Positions 47,532 to 60,092 of a stretch of 64,000 nucleotides of DNA are shown here, piece by piece. The stretch lies in contig AP026125.1 in assembly GCA_030295235.1 (NCBI GenBank), forward strand, positions 496,001 to 560,000. The letters run 5' to 3'. The position numbers were made by a program, and so were the translations under genes. The notes beneath the pieces were generated by a model. It was not told where the DNA came from, ran no database searches, and was given only the letters and a program-made list of their open reading frames with translations. Numbering within the stretch: position 1 is the first letter of the stretch; the number at the start of each line of letters is the position of its first letter. The stretch is from Fistulifera solaris. Taxonomy: Eukaryota.

Positions 47532-48350
47532 GTTCGAAAGTTGGTAAAAATACGATTAATACGACTATAATTGCAGCCAATGGTCTCCAGGTTTGGCGTT
47601 AGCAGTTACGATGTAAGCCTCTACTCGTTATTTCGTGTTTTTAGAGGTCCCTTTCTCGGCGGATTGCCATTTTTGTGATTGCTTGTTTCATTTCGATCAA
47701 TTGCTCTCGTCCTCTTTCATTGTCGTCCTTTTTTGCCGCCGAGTGGGTTTGAATAAGTCAGTCAATAAGTACTGTTTTGGTACCGGTAAGATAGAGGAAT
47801 ACGCTGGTCGGTCACGAGCTTTTAGCAAGTGTCAGGAGTCGCGAACAAGTTATATGTCAAGATTCAGAACTCTCCTCAGCCTATTTTATCTTAATGGTCA
47901 TCATTTTCAGCATTAGAAATATCTTGTCGTTACCTATGTTCATGTACTTACTCCCGGAACAATTTTGAGCTAGAAATGCCTGGATTCAATGGGGAAACAC
48001 GGAAAAAGGCCAATTTAATTAATTGTATCATTGACCTTGGCTATTTCGGATTCATTCAGCCCTCATTGGCGATAATCTCTATCTGCTTTTAGCTCGTTTT
48101 GTCGGCCTCGATTCTTCGCATCGATGAAAAATTGTTTCCGACGATGCAGCTCCAAGTGGACTATAATAAAAAGTGTAGATTACTTTTTCCATGAATGGAA
48201 TTCAGTCATGAGTCGTTTGCCACTTACCAGGTATTTTTATCGCAGCAAGAAAGACGCATTTCGTTCATGCTTTCATTTTGAAAGGTCGTCAGCTATTGTT
48301 TCGTCTAACAAAGGAAACTATTTAGTCTCGACATCGCTCAAATCGTTGCA

Positions 48351-49340
48351 ATGAGCAAACCGTCAGAAGAAAAGGAAACCCCATCGGACGAGACGGCCGA
48401 GAACAAAGAGATTCCGTCCAGAACTTCCAGTGAATCGGCCAGTGAGCTAAAAATTTCCTCGACAAACAACAATGATTTACTTCCGGCTACTTTGTTCAGG
48501 ATGACGAAAGGATTGCCACGAAGAGAGTTGAATTTGATGGTCGTAGAAGCAACTGAGTGCGAAGAGCAGCTGCAGAGTGACATTGCCCTTTTAGAGAAAG
48601 CTTTAGAATCCGGCGAAACGGACGAGGCCACCAATGAGCTTTTGCAGAACGTTTTGACACCGCTGGATAAATACTGGACAGCTTCTTCTCTTCTGGGGCG
48701 ACTACGAGATGACTGGACACTCCCGAGTATACTTGTGGCAACGGAAGCGAATGAGAGCAATGAAAATCTCAACATGTTAGAAAATCAATTACGCTCCCCC
48801 TCTTCGGATCGAGGTGCCGAAAAGCTAATCGAAACTCTGTCAAATCCAATTTACACCAAAGAGCAACCAAACACGCCGATACTACTGGGGCTGTGGAAGA
48901 AGATCTACAATCACAAAGCGTCATTTGTTTTCAAGAAGCCCGTTCGACCCGAAGAAGCCCCTGGATACATAGAGCGAATTGTCTTCCCAATGGATCTTTC
49001 GATGATACGAAAACTGATCGTCGCGCGCACTATCAAATCTTACGCGGAACTTCATCAATACATCGGTCTCATTTCGCACAATTGCGTCAAGTACAATGGG
49101 AGAGAATCGGAATACGGACGTGTTGCTCGAGAGTTCGAAGCAGCAGCCGATGAGTTGATTCGACAAGCAGTGGAAAATCATGGCACAGAGAAAAACACAA
49201 TAGAACCTACCATTACGAATACAGACAATACTCTAACAGCTGATGCGGATCCTACACAACGTGCCCCTAACCCACCCGCTTCTGCCACTACCCAGCCGAG
49301 CGAACAAGAAGCTCCAACGACAGAAATAACTGCAAGCTAA
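48351..49340 (+). CDS. Bromodomain protein (BRD8-like)
   Basis: FVFKKPVRPEEAPGYIERIVFPMDLSMI...ISHNCVKYN. Confidence 0.88.
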   Translation: MSKPSEEKETPSDETAENKEIPSRTSSESASELKISSTNNNDLLPATLFRMTKGLPRRELNLMVVEATECEEQLQSDIALLEKALESGETDEATNELLQNVLTPLDKYWTASSLLGRLRDDWTLPSILVATEANESNENLNMLENQLRSPSSDRGAEKLIETLSNPIYTKEQPNTPILLGLWKKIYNHKASFVFKKPVRPEEAPGYIERIVFPMDLSMIRKLIVARTIKSYAELHQYIGLISHNCVKYNGRESEYGRVAREFEAAADELIRQAVENHGTEKNTIEPTITNTDNTLTADADPTQRAPNPPASATTQPSEQEAPTTEITAS

Positions 49341-49415
49341 ACGCCTTAACGAATTGGCTCAAAAATTTCAAGAAGAAACTGTTTTCCTAAATGTAAAACT
49401 TAAGTAACAACGCCT

Positions 49416-52400
49416 CTAAGAATCCTCCATGTTTGTCGACGAGGAGTCCGATTGATTTCTCTGGCTTAAACGCTCTTGTTGGTCACGCAGGTAAACTGCT
49501 TCACGATGCGCTTCTTCTAAAGAATGTTGTTGTTGAGCCTGAATCGATGCCGCAAAGCGTTGTCGAAGCCTCTCATCGTTGCTCAAAGTGACTTGCAAGC
49601 GATGTAAAGTACCTGCTGCGCTTTGCTGAAGAACCTGGTCACTTTTGTAATTACTCAAACACCATTCGAGCATTTGATAACAATTTGGCGTCCACAAAAG
49701 AGCACCGTGGTAGCTCTGTGAGAGCGAAATATTATGAAGAACGAGGCACGCTCGATTGAGAATTGCCTCACTTGAACAAAAATTCTTCATGGCCGCCACA
49801 ACCAAACCGACAACGCGGCCGACAACGGCGTCTAACATCTCCTTCTCAGAAACATCGCTGCCTACTTCTTCTTGATCGGCGCTTCGAACTGATGGTATGA
49901 CCAAATTGATTAATGCAAACAGAGCTCGAAACTGATTGTTGTTCAAAAACAAAGACATTAGATATCCAAAGTCGCACACCACAAGCCTAGAAAGCGTGAT
50001 AATTCTTACCTGAACTTCCGCATCGTAAGGGTGTATCATCATTGCATTTGCTGTAGCCTGGATACCTCCCAGTTTGACAAGCATCTGCTTTTGGGCCGGG
50101 GCCAAAGCGATGTTAACTAAAGACCAGCAACTCATGGCCTGTAGCACACCGTCGTACTCAAAGCGCTTAATCGAATCTAGCATAACGGCAATGCCACTTT
50201 TTCCGCCCTGGTCCGTTGGTGTTCCTGAATCAAAAATACTTGATGCATTCACCATCGACGAGTGAAAAAGCATGCCCTCTCGTCCACCTAAAGGTCGAGC
50301 AAGCAGCACGATCGCATGGAATGCTGCCGTGTGCAAAGGAGCGCTATCAGGGAAACGTACCATGGCGCGTAGAACGTTGTTTGTTAAACCGGCTCTCTGT
50401 GCGGCTGATCGCTGATGCTCGTTTTCCATAATCGGAGGAAGGACCTTCAGACACATCGTTTGGATTCCTTCAACGTCAGAAAATGCAGTCATCCAATTTA
50501 CGATCAAATAGAGCGCACACGACCACGGAAGATTGACATTTCCCGGGTCACCAGTCGCAGTCGGCCCCAAAAGGCGTTCAGTAATCATAGAATACCCATA
50601 CTTGGGCTTCTTGGACTGTGACTCCGTAGATTGCATCGGGCGTTTTTTAGACAACTCAGTTCCCTTGGCGGCAACCGGAAGTGTCGGTCCCTCCGTCAAT
50701 TTCTTTGTCTGGTCGTTGTCTTTTGATATCTGTTCCTTCTTTATCTTACGGGCTTTCGACAAAAACTCTCTGAGCCCTTTATCATCTCTGACTGTTCCAC
50801 TTTTGGAATTTGCCGACGTGAAAGAATCAAGAGGAGGCGTCCTGCCGTTGGCGGTATCTTCTTTAATTCTCTGCAAATACCTCATGCACTTGATAAACGA
50901 CGTGTACATGAGTCTGAACTTCCCGAAAGTCCGCTTGAGCTCCACGGTGACATCAATCGGAAACGAATCGGTCGACTCATATCCACTGTCGTCAGAGTCC
51001 TCTTGCACCTGTGCCTTGAAAGGTTCAAGAAGACAAAGAACTCGCCAAAGCTCTGGCTGACGGGTAAAAGAAGTCAGCCAATCTTTTGATAGAGGGGCAA
51101 TGAGAACATCCAATATCTCAGGAGGCTCGAGGAATGTCAGAACGTGAACCATTAAATCGCACCCGAGCGACATGATACCTGTTTTCCTTCCGTCCTGTGA
51201 GCTACGAGCGAGTGATGAAGTTTTCTCTTTCAAAGCGCTTTTCTTCGAAGCTGTGGAAATGTGCTGACTCTGCAATGGGGGCCACTTCATCGTCGATAAT
51301 CCGCTTTGATCATGCACTTGCTTCCTCATTTTCTTTAGATGTCCATCGTCTTGGTCATCAGATGACCCGTCACCGTTCGACGAAGAGGTGATCGACGGCG
51401 AGTCGGATGGCAATGAAGAACTTTCGCGAAACCCATTTGAACAGCTCTCGCCAGCCGAACTAAAATCAGCAATGTCCGAAGATACGGAAAGAGATGACTC
51501 TTGCTTCTGCCTCAGCATCGGTCGCTTGGGATCTCCGGACACAGTTTTCTGACTCTTTGCAAATCTCTGTGCTAGGCGCGAGTCTGAAGAAGAAACAGAA
51601 GGTGATGAAGACGACTCTGGCTGTATACGATCATTCGATGAAGCCGACCCGGCATAACCGCCCTCAGTACCACTGCCCGACGATCCACCAGCGTCATCAT
51701 TACTATCGCCGTCCTCTTTTTCCGCATCTTTCTCTGCTCGTTCTTGAATGTATCGAAATGTACGTTTCCTCGATGTAATAGTGTCCTTGGACTCAGTCTG
51801 GGATGTAGGTCGCTTTGCACTTTGCTTTGTTTTACGATGATGTGTATTGCGAACTGAAGCCTCAGATGCAGACCCGGTCGCCCATTGATTCAAAGTTCTT
51901 TTAATGGTATGATAGCCGGGCTCGTGGTGAGGCTGTACAAGTTTCGCACGACCATCAGAATCTCCTCCGCTTCCGGAAGACTCCGAATAGGGTGGTGGTA
52001 GATGAGCTACAACAGTTGAGTGTTCCGTTGAGCTCTTTGTTGGAACTCTATCGTCTCTCAGCGCAGGAAGGCCGACCACGTCTGACGATTCACCATTTGG
52101 CTTATTTTGGCGGCTAAAATGGTGATGATTATGCGTAGTAGTAGTCAAGCACTCGTGCATGCCTCCCCGTGACTGGTTCTCTCGAACATCATCACTCGAA
52201 GATGAATTGTTGTGTGATGAATTCGATGCACCCGCCCACTGCCTTGTGCTCTGTTTCTTTACATCGTCGCTAGATGATGTTGTGTTGGCGGACGTTACGA
52301 CTGCAGGGTCGCCATCTTTCATGCTTCCACCGGATGATGAATCAACCCCTTCTTCGGAACTACTCACTCCGTCAGCCGCTGATCGCTTTGTGCAGGAAAA

Positions 52401-52562
52401 TAATGAATCGCCGTTGGAAATATCCATGAGCCTCTCCTGTAAATCATATCTCTTATCAATTGTATCTGTGGACTCAGTACCACCCAGCGGCTCGCCTCGA
52501 GCAGTACGTTTCCGTGTTTCGTCCATCTTCGCAATTCCACCTACTTGGACCGCTTTGTTCAT
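49416..52562 (-). CDS. Protein with a disordered N-terminus, F-box-like motif and ARM/HEAT-like C-terminus
   Basis: IMSLGCDLMVHVLTFLEPPEI...LSKDW (F-box-like). ARM-like repeats such as LQAMSCWSLVNIA. An in-frame 78-nt intron at 49932-50009 is likely. Confidence 0.7.
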   Translation of the reverse strand: MNKAVQVGGIAKMDETRKRTARGEPLGGTESTDTIDKRYDLQERLMDISNGDSLFSCTKRSAADGVSSSEEGVDSSSGGSMKDGDPAVVTSANTTSSSDDVKKQSTRQWAGASNSSHNNSSSSDDVRENQSRGGMHECLTTTTHNHHHFSRQNKPNGESSDVVGLPALRDDRVPTKSSTEHSTVVAHLPPPYSESSGSGGDSDGRAKLVQPHHEPGYHTIKRTLNQWATGSASEASVRNTHHRKTKQSAKRPTSQTESKDTITSRKRTFRYIQERAEKDAEKEDGDSNDDAGGSSGSGTEGGYAGSASSNDRIQPESSSSPSVSSSDSRLAQRFAKSQKTVSGDPKRPMLRQKQESSLSVSSDIADFSSAGESCSNGFRESSSLPSDSPSITSSSNGDGSSDDQDDGHLKKMRKQVHDQSGLSTMKWPPLQSQHISTASKKSALKEKTSSLARSSQDGRKTGIMSLGCDLMVHVLTFLEPPEILDVLIAPLSKDWLTSFTRQPELWRVLCLLEPFKAQVQEDSDDSGYESTDSFPIDVTVELKRTFGKFRLMYTSFIKCMRYLQRIKEDTANGRTPPLDSFTSANSKSGTVRDDKGLREFLSKARKIKKEQISKDNDQTKKLTEGPTLPVAAKGTELSKKRPMQSTESQSKKPKYGYSMITERLLGPTATGDPGNVNLPWSCALYLIVNWMTAFSDVEGIQTMCLKVLPPIMENEHQRSAAQRAGLTNNVLRAMVRFPDSAPLHTAAFHAIVLLARPLGGREGMLFHSSMVNASSIFDSGTPTDQGGKSGIAVMLDSIKRFEYDGVLQAMSCWSLVNIALAPAQKQMLVKLGGIQATANAMMIHPYDAEVQVRIITLSRLVVCDFGYLMSLFLNNNQFRALFALINLVIPSVRSADQEEVGSDVSEKEMLDAVVGRVVGLVVAAMKNFCSSEAILNRACLVLHNISLSQSYHGALLWTPNCYQMLEWCLSNYKSDQVLQQSAAGTLHRLQVTLSNDERLRQRFAASIQAQQQHSLEEAHREAVYLRDQQERLSQRNQSDSSSTNMEDS

Positions 52563-53364
52563 AGGGAAAAATAGAATACCCGTTTGTTTGTTGTGTAATT
52601 TGTTTCGAAAAACTTCCTATTAATGCGTGGTTTTTATTTATGAATGATTGAATGAATTAACGATAGACATCAAGGACGATGCGATCAAACCATCTGGCGA
52701 CCTGATGGCTCAAAGAAAGAGCAATCACAATGTCGAAAGACACGAATTTTGGGGCCATTTGGAAGGCGGCTGTTTGCCATCTGTTTTCTCCGGTCCCATT
52801 CATCTACTTTTAGAACCATACAAACCAAAGTCCTTTCTGAGTCTATAGTAGAAACTACCTCCGTCGCCGCACTGGTAATAAAAGTAGTAGCGTTTCTCGC
52901 TTTGTTTCAACTATGAAGTACGGAGTGCGTCAGTATACGACGGCAAGTGAAGTTCACCTCCGAGAATGTGCATCTGTCGAACAGCTGGTGTTCTTCATTT
53001 GTCCGTCTTTCTATCTACTACGAGAACAATAAGTCCCGCTAAAAGGTTTCTGACCGGGATTGAAATATATTATTCCCGAACCAAATTTTCCCGAAAGCTA
53101 AGGTAAGAGAGACTTCTCAGCGACGAATACTCTATTTCACCTGTCTGTAGATACATTTGACAAATTCATCTGCTATATTTTGTCTGATGTGTCGTCGAAA
53201 TAAGATTACTAATCGAGGGTGATATCGTATACCATCAAATTTGCAACAGATAAGAAACATCGGCACAATCAGAACTGAGTAACCAATCTATGTTTATTAT
53301 GTTATCAAGTTATTATTAGTTTAACTATTCAATCTTTGCTACGAAGTATTTGCTTTGGTACCAT

Positions 53365-54509
53365 TCATTTGATTCGCTTGCTACGGGTGGCTCGCCCCGA
53401 ACCAACGCATTGCTCTAACTTCTCTGTGATGTCGCCCTGTAATGCATGCAATCCCGAGTCGACGCGTTTATCAAGATCTTTGAAGAATGGGTCGCATTCT
53501 GTGATTTCTTCGTCGGTGTGGGTTGTGCGACAGTATAAATAAACCGTGTGACCCTCTTTCGAACCGTGCATCGACGTAGGTGCTTGAGCTATTAAGACTA
53601 CATCGAACTCGTATGAATCGATAATATCCTTTGGACCATGGTAACAAACCAAGTATGGAGAATCGCTGCTGTTCCACATTGTAGCAAGATGTATCCACAG
53701 CGAAGGCGGAAAGCTGAAGAAAGAGTAGCTTTTGTTAGGAAATGCAATACCAGGTAAGACAATTGTTGCACATCACGGTTTCTCTTACCCAATGCTAAAC
53801 ATGTACACGTGCGTGAACGGATTAAACGAGTTTACTGAGCGGATATCGCCGCATTCGAAGACACACCGATGAAGAATAGTTTCGTCGTCGTATTCCTCAT
53901 CGACATCTTTCTCCTCCTTCACAGCAGCATCAAGGACACCTTTCAAACAGGTCATGCCGAGAATCCATCGTGATTGCTCGATCTCGATCCCATAGCTTAA
54001 TTTCACACCAGGATCTTGACAGACATGCAAATTCGGTTTGCCGATTCCGCTACCAACATCAATGAATTTGCTGTTACTGTTGAAATTCATGTGCTGTTTC
54101 ATCAGATTTACGACCTTCTGCATCGATGACATGGTCAGCTCTCCGTAGATTGGTCCATGGGATCCATTACCTCCAATTGAACCCGTTAACTTTCGAATGA
54201 TTCCGTAGACTTTGCGAACGTTTGGCTGGATGTTAATTTCGTCGACAAGGCGACCAAAGATTAGCTTTTTCTTTGCTTTGGGCTCACTTCGTTTCGGGGT
54301 AGCACAAGGTCTACTAAGAATGAACCCTCCGTGTCCGCAAACAGATTGCGGTTCACGGTGCAAATCGCGCTTTCACTGATATCACTCACAGCGAGAGACG
54401 GAGTGGGAGTTACGACATGTTTCAGCTCTTCGTCGCCGTCACTTTCGCCCTTGATCTTGCGTCGCTTTAACGGTGTCTCGTCGTTTCCAATAGTCACAGC
54501 TGTCTTCAT
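53365..54509 (-). CDS. DOT1-like class I SAM-dependent methyltransferase
   Basis: IYGEL, FIDVGSGIGKP, SYGIEIE and GDI...THVYMF motifs. Intron 53714-53788; frameshift near 54330. Confidence 0.75.
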
Positions 54510-54989
54510 TTTTTAATTTTTTACGTTGCTATGAATGTCAGAGCAGATGGAGCTTCACTCTTTGTGAAACTATAGATGACTTACGAACGAGCGTGTGTAC
54601 GCGGCTTTGGTGGCAATAAAAGAAGGGGAAAAAGCGATGAAACTCGACAAGCGCGGCTGGCGATTATGATTAAATAGCAACGGACTAAAAACACCATATT
54701 TCGTAGATAAATTATAGGTACGATAAATTTCCGTTGTTAAAGATACATAGATGTACAAAGCTGCTAGTATCAGTAATAGTACCTACATCTTAACCTATAC
54801 TGTGTTTTGGTCCGGATGATGATGCTTCGTGGATCATGAGGAGGAGTTGTCTTTGTCATGAGTTCATTAGACTGTTGAATGAATAATAGTGAATACGATC
54901 GCATTTGAAACTGAAAAGGACGTTGATCTTTAATTTTAAGGCGGGTCAAACATCACACTATTCGTTTCAAGAGGACTGCGCCGTTATCA

Positions 54990-55952
54990 TCATATATTTT
55001 TCACATCGAGCCCCATCTCTCTTCGCTTTGTTACCTCTCCCACCATCTGATCAAGAAAGACGCCTCGTGTTCTTTGTCCCACACGGCCGTTCTTTTTTAG
55101 TATCACACAAAATCCTTCTTTTTCGACATCTACGCCTTGTGCAATCGCAACTTTCGCCTCCTCTGTCAAAAGAGACCGCCATTTTGCTTCACCAACTGGG
55201 AATGCCACACAGGAGGACAGCTTCTCATTTTTATCGGAAAATCGCCCATCAGGGAATAGCACAGGAATCACGATAAGGTCACTCAGTGTCAAAGATTGTT
55301 CAAGGCGTGTCGCCTCTTGAACGACTTGCTCAATTATCGATCGACCGCCAGCAGCAATGACAATCCGCTTTTCAATACCACGTCCCCTACGAAAATCTGA
55401 AAGCGAAGCAGTAAACATCTCTGATGCATCGTTTGCATCGCCCAATATGGCTTTTGATCCTCGAACCATGAGTTTGGCCAATTCGGCACCTCTCGAGGCG
55501 CGCTTCAAACGCGATTCTTGGGCATCCAGATCGCGTTTGAACAAAAAGGCCAAGACAGCAATACCAAGTGCGTCTACGGCTACATTGATGGAGCTCTCCT
55601 GTAACAGCTCGGGATTGATACCGGAAAGAGCAGCGGCAACACGTGCCGCCGATACCACGAGACTTGTTGCAGCACCTCCTCCCAATGTGAAGTAGAGCAA
55701 GAAACGAACTTTTCGGAAAGGCGATTCCGCTTCTTCTCTCATCCTCACCTCTCTAGTAAAATCATTGTTGTTGTTTCCTTCTCGTTCGGAGTATAATAAG
55801 ATTTTTGATACATGATTTTGGCTGAATGCACGTTGCCCGACAGTCACGGCTTTGATAGAGCGATCAAGCGAAAAACTAACGACCGAGGGCAGCGTCAAGA
55901 AGAAAAAGAAAAAGCGAAGAAACTTTTCGTAGGAAGGGCGGGGCTTGGTCAT
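54990..55952 (-). CDS. LPA1-like / DUF3493 photosystem II assembly factor, plastid-targeted
   Basis: MREEAESPFRKVRFLLY followed by two TM helices, and LKKNGRV. The signal peptide ends VVS-FSL. Confidence 0.8.
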   Translation of the reverse strand: MTKPRPSYEKFLRFFFFFLTLPSVVSFSLDRSIKAVTVGQRAFSQNHVSKILLYSEREGNNNNDFTREVRMREEAESPFRKVRFLLYFTLGGGAATSLVVSAARVAAALSGINPELLQESSINVAVDALGIAVLAFLFKRDLDAQESRLKRASRGAELAKLMVRGSKAILGDANDASEMFTASLSDFRRGRGIEKRIVIAAGGRSIIEQVVQEATRLEQSLTLSDLIVIPVLFPDGRFSDKNEKLSSCVAFPVGEAKWRSLLTEEAKVAIAQGVDVEKEGFCVILKKNGRVGQRTRGVFLDQMVGEVTKRREMGLDVKNI

Positions 55953-56874
55953 TATCGGCTACCGTTTATTCCGGCAACCAGCTGTATTTTTTTCGGTTCA
56001 ATGAATTTATGAGGAAAAAGACTCGCGCACTGTTGTGAGCTTTTCTCCGTCGTATGAAAAAGAGTGTTTTCGTTACGTGTGTGCTTCAATCTTGTTTCTG
56101 ACGTCACTTGCTGACGCCATTTATACGAGCCGTTTTTGCGCACGGATGACTGCAGACGCGCTCTAGCTTTTTCCATCCAACCTCCAACTCCAACCTCCAC
56201 CATCCGATCCACTTCATATTTCTTTCGAAGAAATATTATTGTCTATGGATGTAATGATGATCTTGTTCACGGCAACGGTTAGTGGACGAACTAGTGACTG
56301 TCAATCGTTAAAAGCCTTTCATTGAGGTAAGTTATTGTTTCAGACGAAACGTTTATTCGGATGTGTCCGATGGTCTTTCCAGGATGACAATATCACCCCC
56401 ATTTCACGACGGTCTTTTGAGTTGTGCAGGAAGGAAGCTCTTTAAAAATGTGTGATCCTATCCAAAATGGATGAGAGAGTGCATTTCTGAGTTCTTCCTC
56501 TTGTAGTCAACGTGATATAATCGGGTTTTCTGTGTCTGAGAAAAATTGCCTAGAAGGAACGTCTAGTATCATTTGTATGGTCGAACGATTCATCTGACTT
56601 GTTACTCTTCTTTTATCATACAGATATCGTAAAAAGATAAGAGGTAGGTTGACTAGCTTTGGGTCGTAAGCAGCATTGATGTCGAGGACCTATTCCAAGT
56701 GAGGATACAAAACAATTTATCTGACACCTCTTATGCTAGGACACACTTCGCGTGTGTTCGATGATCTATGTTGATTTCTGATGGAACCTGTTATGATAAA
56801 ATTCGTTTGTGCCGTGATTGGTGCTTATCTCACGTAACGCCAAATCTTGCTTTATTCAGAGAAGACATAATGTC

Positions 56875-57534
56875 TTAGTCCTTTTCGGATAATTTCGGTT
56901 CGAGACGACTCGGCCACCGAATCCATAACGTGCCTATCAAGGCGCCAACGGTCCATCCAATGGTACTCCCCGTAATGACGGGAACCGGCCACCGCTGCAC
57001 TTGCCATCCACGATCGTAGAGTCGCAATATTTGAAAGACCACAGCACCCGCCAGGGTGCCTTGACTCGCCGCTCGGGCCACAATGGCTTGTTGTCTCTGT
57101 TTGAGATCTGTATATACGTCGTTTCCTCGGAATCGGTAGCGAAGATGCTCCACGAATGTCGGGGGCGGGGGAACGGTCATTTGAATGGGCGGATCGGCCA
57201 GACACAGTGCGGCACAGTACAACGCCGAAATGGCGGTATGCAGTAGGTTGGTGGTGGGCGAGGCACCGGCAACGATCATGAATGCCAATACCATGGCACT
57301 CGACGGTAGTAAATGATACCACACTCCTCGGAGGCATTGCGTTGTTATTACGAATCCGATGATCAAGGCAACATACACGAATAATCGGCTTAGATCATAG
57401 GGTATTAGTACAATGTCGGTCGGATCAATCTGTTTCATGTGCTGTAATAAAAGTAGCTATATTAGTCCGAGAGAATTGGTGTATATTGAAATCTAAGTTA
57501 TGCAACGCACCATTTCCTCCGCTTCCTTGGCCAT
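56875..57534 (-). CDS. GPI biosynthesis protein PIG-F-like
   Basis: Hydrophobic protein with VAGASP and GTLAGA...YDRGWQVQRWPVPVITGSTIG. Probable micro-exon 57511-57534 and intron 57442-57510. Confidence 0.65.
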
Positions 57535-58055
57535 GGGAGAAAGGAAAATAAAGTAATGGGCTAGATGTAACGTCACTATGTAAACACAAAGCTTGACCAA
57601 TACTATCTCCCCCATCATTTAATTCGGAACTGTTCTATTTTGAATTGAATCAACTATTCATAAATGATATGTTTAAAAAGGTACATGTATTGTTGCAATC
57701 ACAGCCATCGCACTTTTGTGGCAAATCATCCTTCATTCGGTGCGCAAAAGGTTATTCTTCATCGTCGCGAAAGGTGGAGAGAGTTTTGAAGTGTCGGAGC
57801 GGTATTCAAGTTGTTTTTTGCATAGGCCACGTCACGCGAACGGAGGACGCGGAGCGCGGAGGTGCGCCCGGCCCAAAAAAGTCGAGCGGAGAGACCCAAC
57901 ACGACTGTCCGAGACTCTGTACAAACACGGAGCGAAGGGCACGCGACGATGACAAACGCATACAAAACTCGTCCTTATTAGGCACACTTATTGCCGGAAA
58001 GAGCTTGAGCGTACTTGTTGTTCATTTATTCCCCTTCATACCGCGTTGAGCCAAA

Positions 58056-60038
58056 ATGGACTTCTTAAAAGATCTGAGCCTCGATAAGGTTCGAAACTTG
58101 GCCGAAGACGCGTAAGTTATGCTCGAGATTCGATGCGGAGGGTGCTGTACAGTCATTGATGTAACCTCCGCGGCTCGTACTCAATACAAGCCTCTCACTA
58201 TCCACCTTTTACTGCTATTTTCTCATCGCTTTATTTCTCTTCTCCTCCAGTTTCAATCAAGCCAAGCCAAAAACCGAAGTCGAAGCCCGCGTGTACGAAG
58301 TCTTGTCGCACAAAAACTGGGGCTCGTCCAGTACGCTCCTCAACGAAATTGCGCGTGATAGCTTCGATTATGACAAATTCGCCATTATTTCGCAGCTCAT
58401 GTGGGAAGCGCTGGACAATCAACGTCCCGCGGCGTGGCGTGTCATCTTCAAAGGCCTCACCTTGCTCGAGCATCTGATCAAAAATGGTTCCGAACGCTGC
58501 GTCGACGATGCCCGCAATCACGGTCACACGCTCAAAACATTGCTCAAGTTCAACTATTACGAAGGAACGGTCGATCGAGGATTGGGTGTCCGAGAAAAGA
58601 CAAAACAGTTGGTCGAAATGCTGTCCGACGATGAACGCGTCCGCGAAGAACGTACGAAAGCACGTCAAATGCGGGAAAAACTGGGCAAACTGGCCGGCGT
58701 CAGCGGAGGCGGAGGTGCTTATGCGGGTTACGGAAATGACAACTGGAATTCGGGATCCAGTGGCGGCGGTGGCGGTTACGGTGACAGCGGAGGGTACGGC
58801 GACAGTGGAATCGGTTCCAAGTCTTCGACGGGTCGGTATGGTGGTCGATACGATGAGGATACGCGTTCCCCACCTCGCGCCTCCGAACCGACTCCTACCT
58901 TTGCGACGATACCCGATGATCCGCCGACGAAATCTAAAAAGACAAAGAAGAAAAAGCAACCCGAAGTGGCTCCGGTGGCTCCCGAAGTTGATTTGTTTTC
59001 GTTTGATGAGGCACCGGCTCCCGCTCCCGTAGCCGATTCGGATGATTTTGAGTTTGATGCGTTTCAGTCGGCGGCATCGCCGGTGGCTTCGACTCCAGAT
59101 CCCTTTGCCACAGTTCCTCCGCCACAAGCGGCTCAGTTTGATGCATTTGGTGCTGCTCCGGCTCCACCGCCGAATAACTCTTTTGATGCTTTTGGTGTTT
59201 CTGGAATGCAATTTCCTACTACTACGTTGGGAGGAGGTATGATGCAGCCGCCAGCTAACAATACCATGGCATTTCAAAACAACACTAGCTCGACAGCTCC
59301 TGCTGATGATGACGATTTTGGTGATTTCGCTGGAGCGAGCGCACCTGCGCCGGCGCCCGTCCCCTCCTTGGCCCCGCCAAAATCAACGGACCCGTTGAGC
59401 AAACTCATTTCTTTGGACAGTCTCACCAAGAATCCGCAGAAAAAGCCTGTCAATATGGTCAATCAACCGGTGGCCGCGAATGCCGCTGCTTCTCAGTACT
59501 TACAAAACCAAGCGCAAATTCATGCCCAGGTACATCAACAAAGTGTCAATGCGAGCTTCTCCGGTATTGATGGAATTCATTCCAGTGGTGGAATGGGCAT
59601 GATGAATCCCTCCTTTGGTATGCCACAGAATTCTTCGGTCATGGGAAGTGGCGGTGATGCGATTAGCAGTGTGTTTGATCCCAGCGTTATGAAACAGCAA
59701 GCGAGTCAAGCCGGAAATCAACAAATGATGGGAGGAAACGCTTTTGGTATGATGGGAATGAATAACAACATGGGTATGGGATCCAGCATGGTATGAACTC
59801 GATGCAACCAGGCAATGGTGGCATGATGATGTCAGGAAATAACATGGGCGCCATGGGTGCACCTTCAATGCAGCAGGGAGGCAATATGTACGGAAACATG
59901 ACACCGCAACAGCAGCAACAAATGATGCAACAACAGCAGATGATGATGATGCAGCAGCAACAGATGATGAATAATCACCAGGGCATGCCAGGCGGTTTTA
60001 ATATGCAAAGCAACATGAATCAAGGTGGATTTAGATGA
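58056..60038 (+). CDS. Epsin/ENTH-domain clathrin adaptor (epsinR-like)
   Basis: EARVYEVLSHKNWG, WRVIFKGLTLLEHLIKNGSERC, DLFSFD, FDAF/FGDF motifs and an M/Q-rich tail. Intron 58112-58250; frameshift at ~59788. Confidence 0.92.
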
Positions 60039-60092
60039 ATGATAGACCTCAATGACTAAGCATTCTGTATCCGCTCGTTGAAACTCTATTCC

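Noticed and set aside
56000..56850. Long intergenic region as a possible ncRNA or transposon
   Set aside because: No repeats, termini, structure or coding signal could be supported.
58231..59277. 348-aa minus-strand ORF
   Set aside because: It is the antisense shadow of the epsin gene and has no recognisable motifs.
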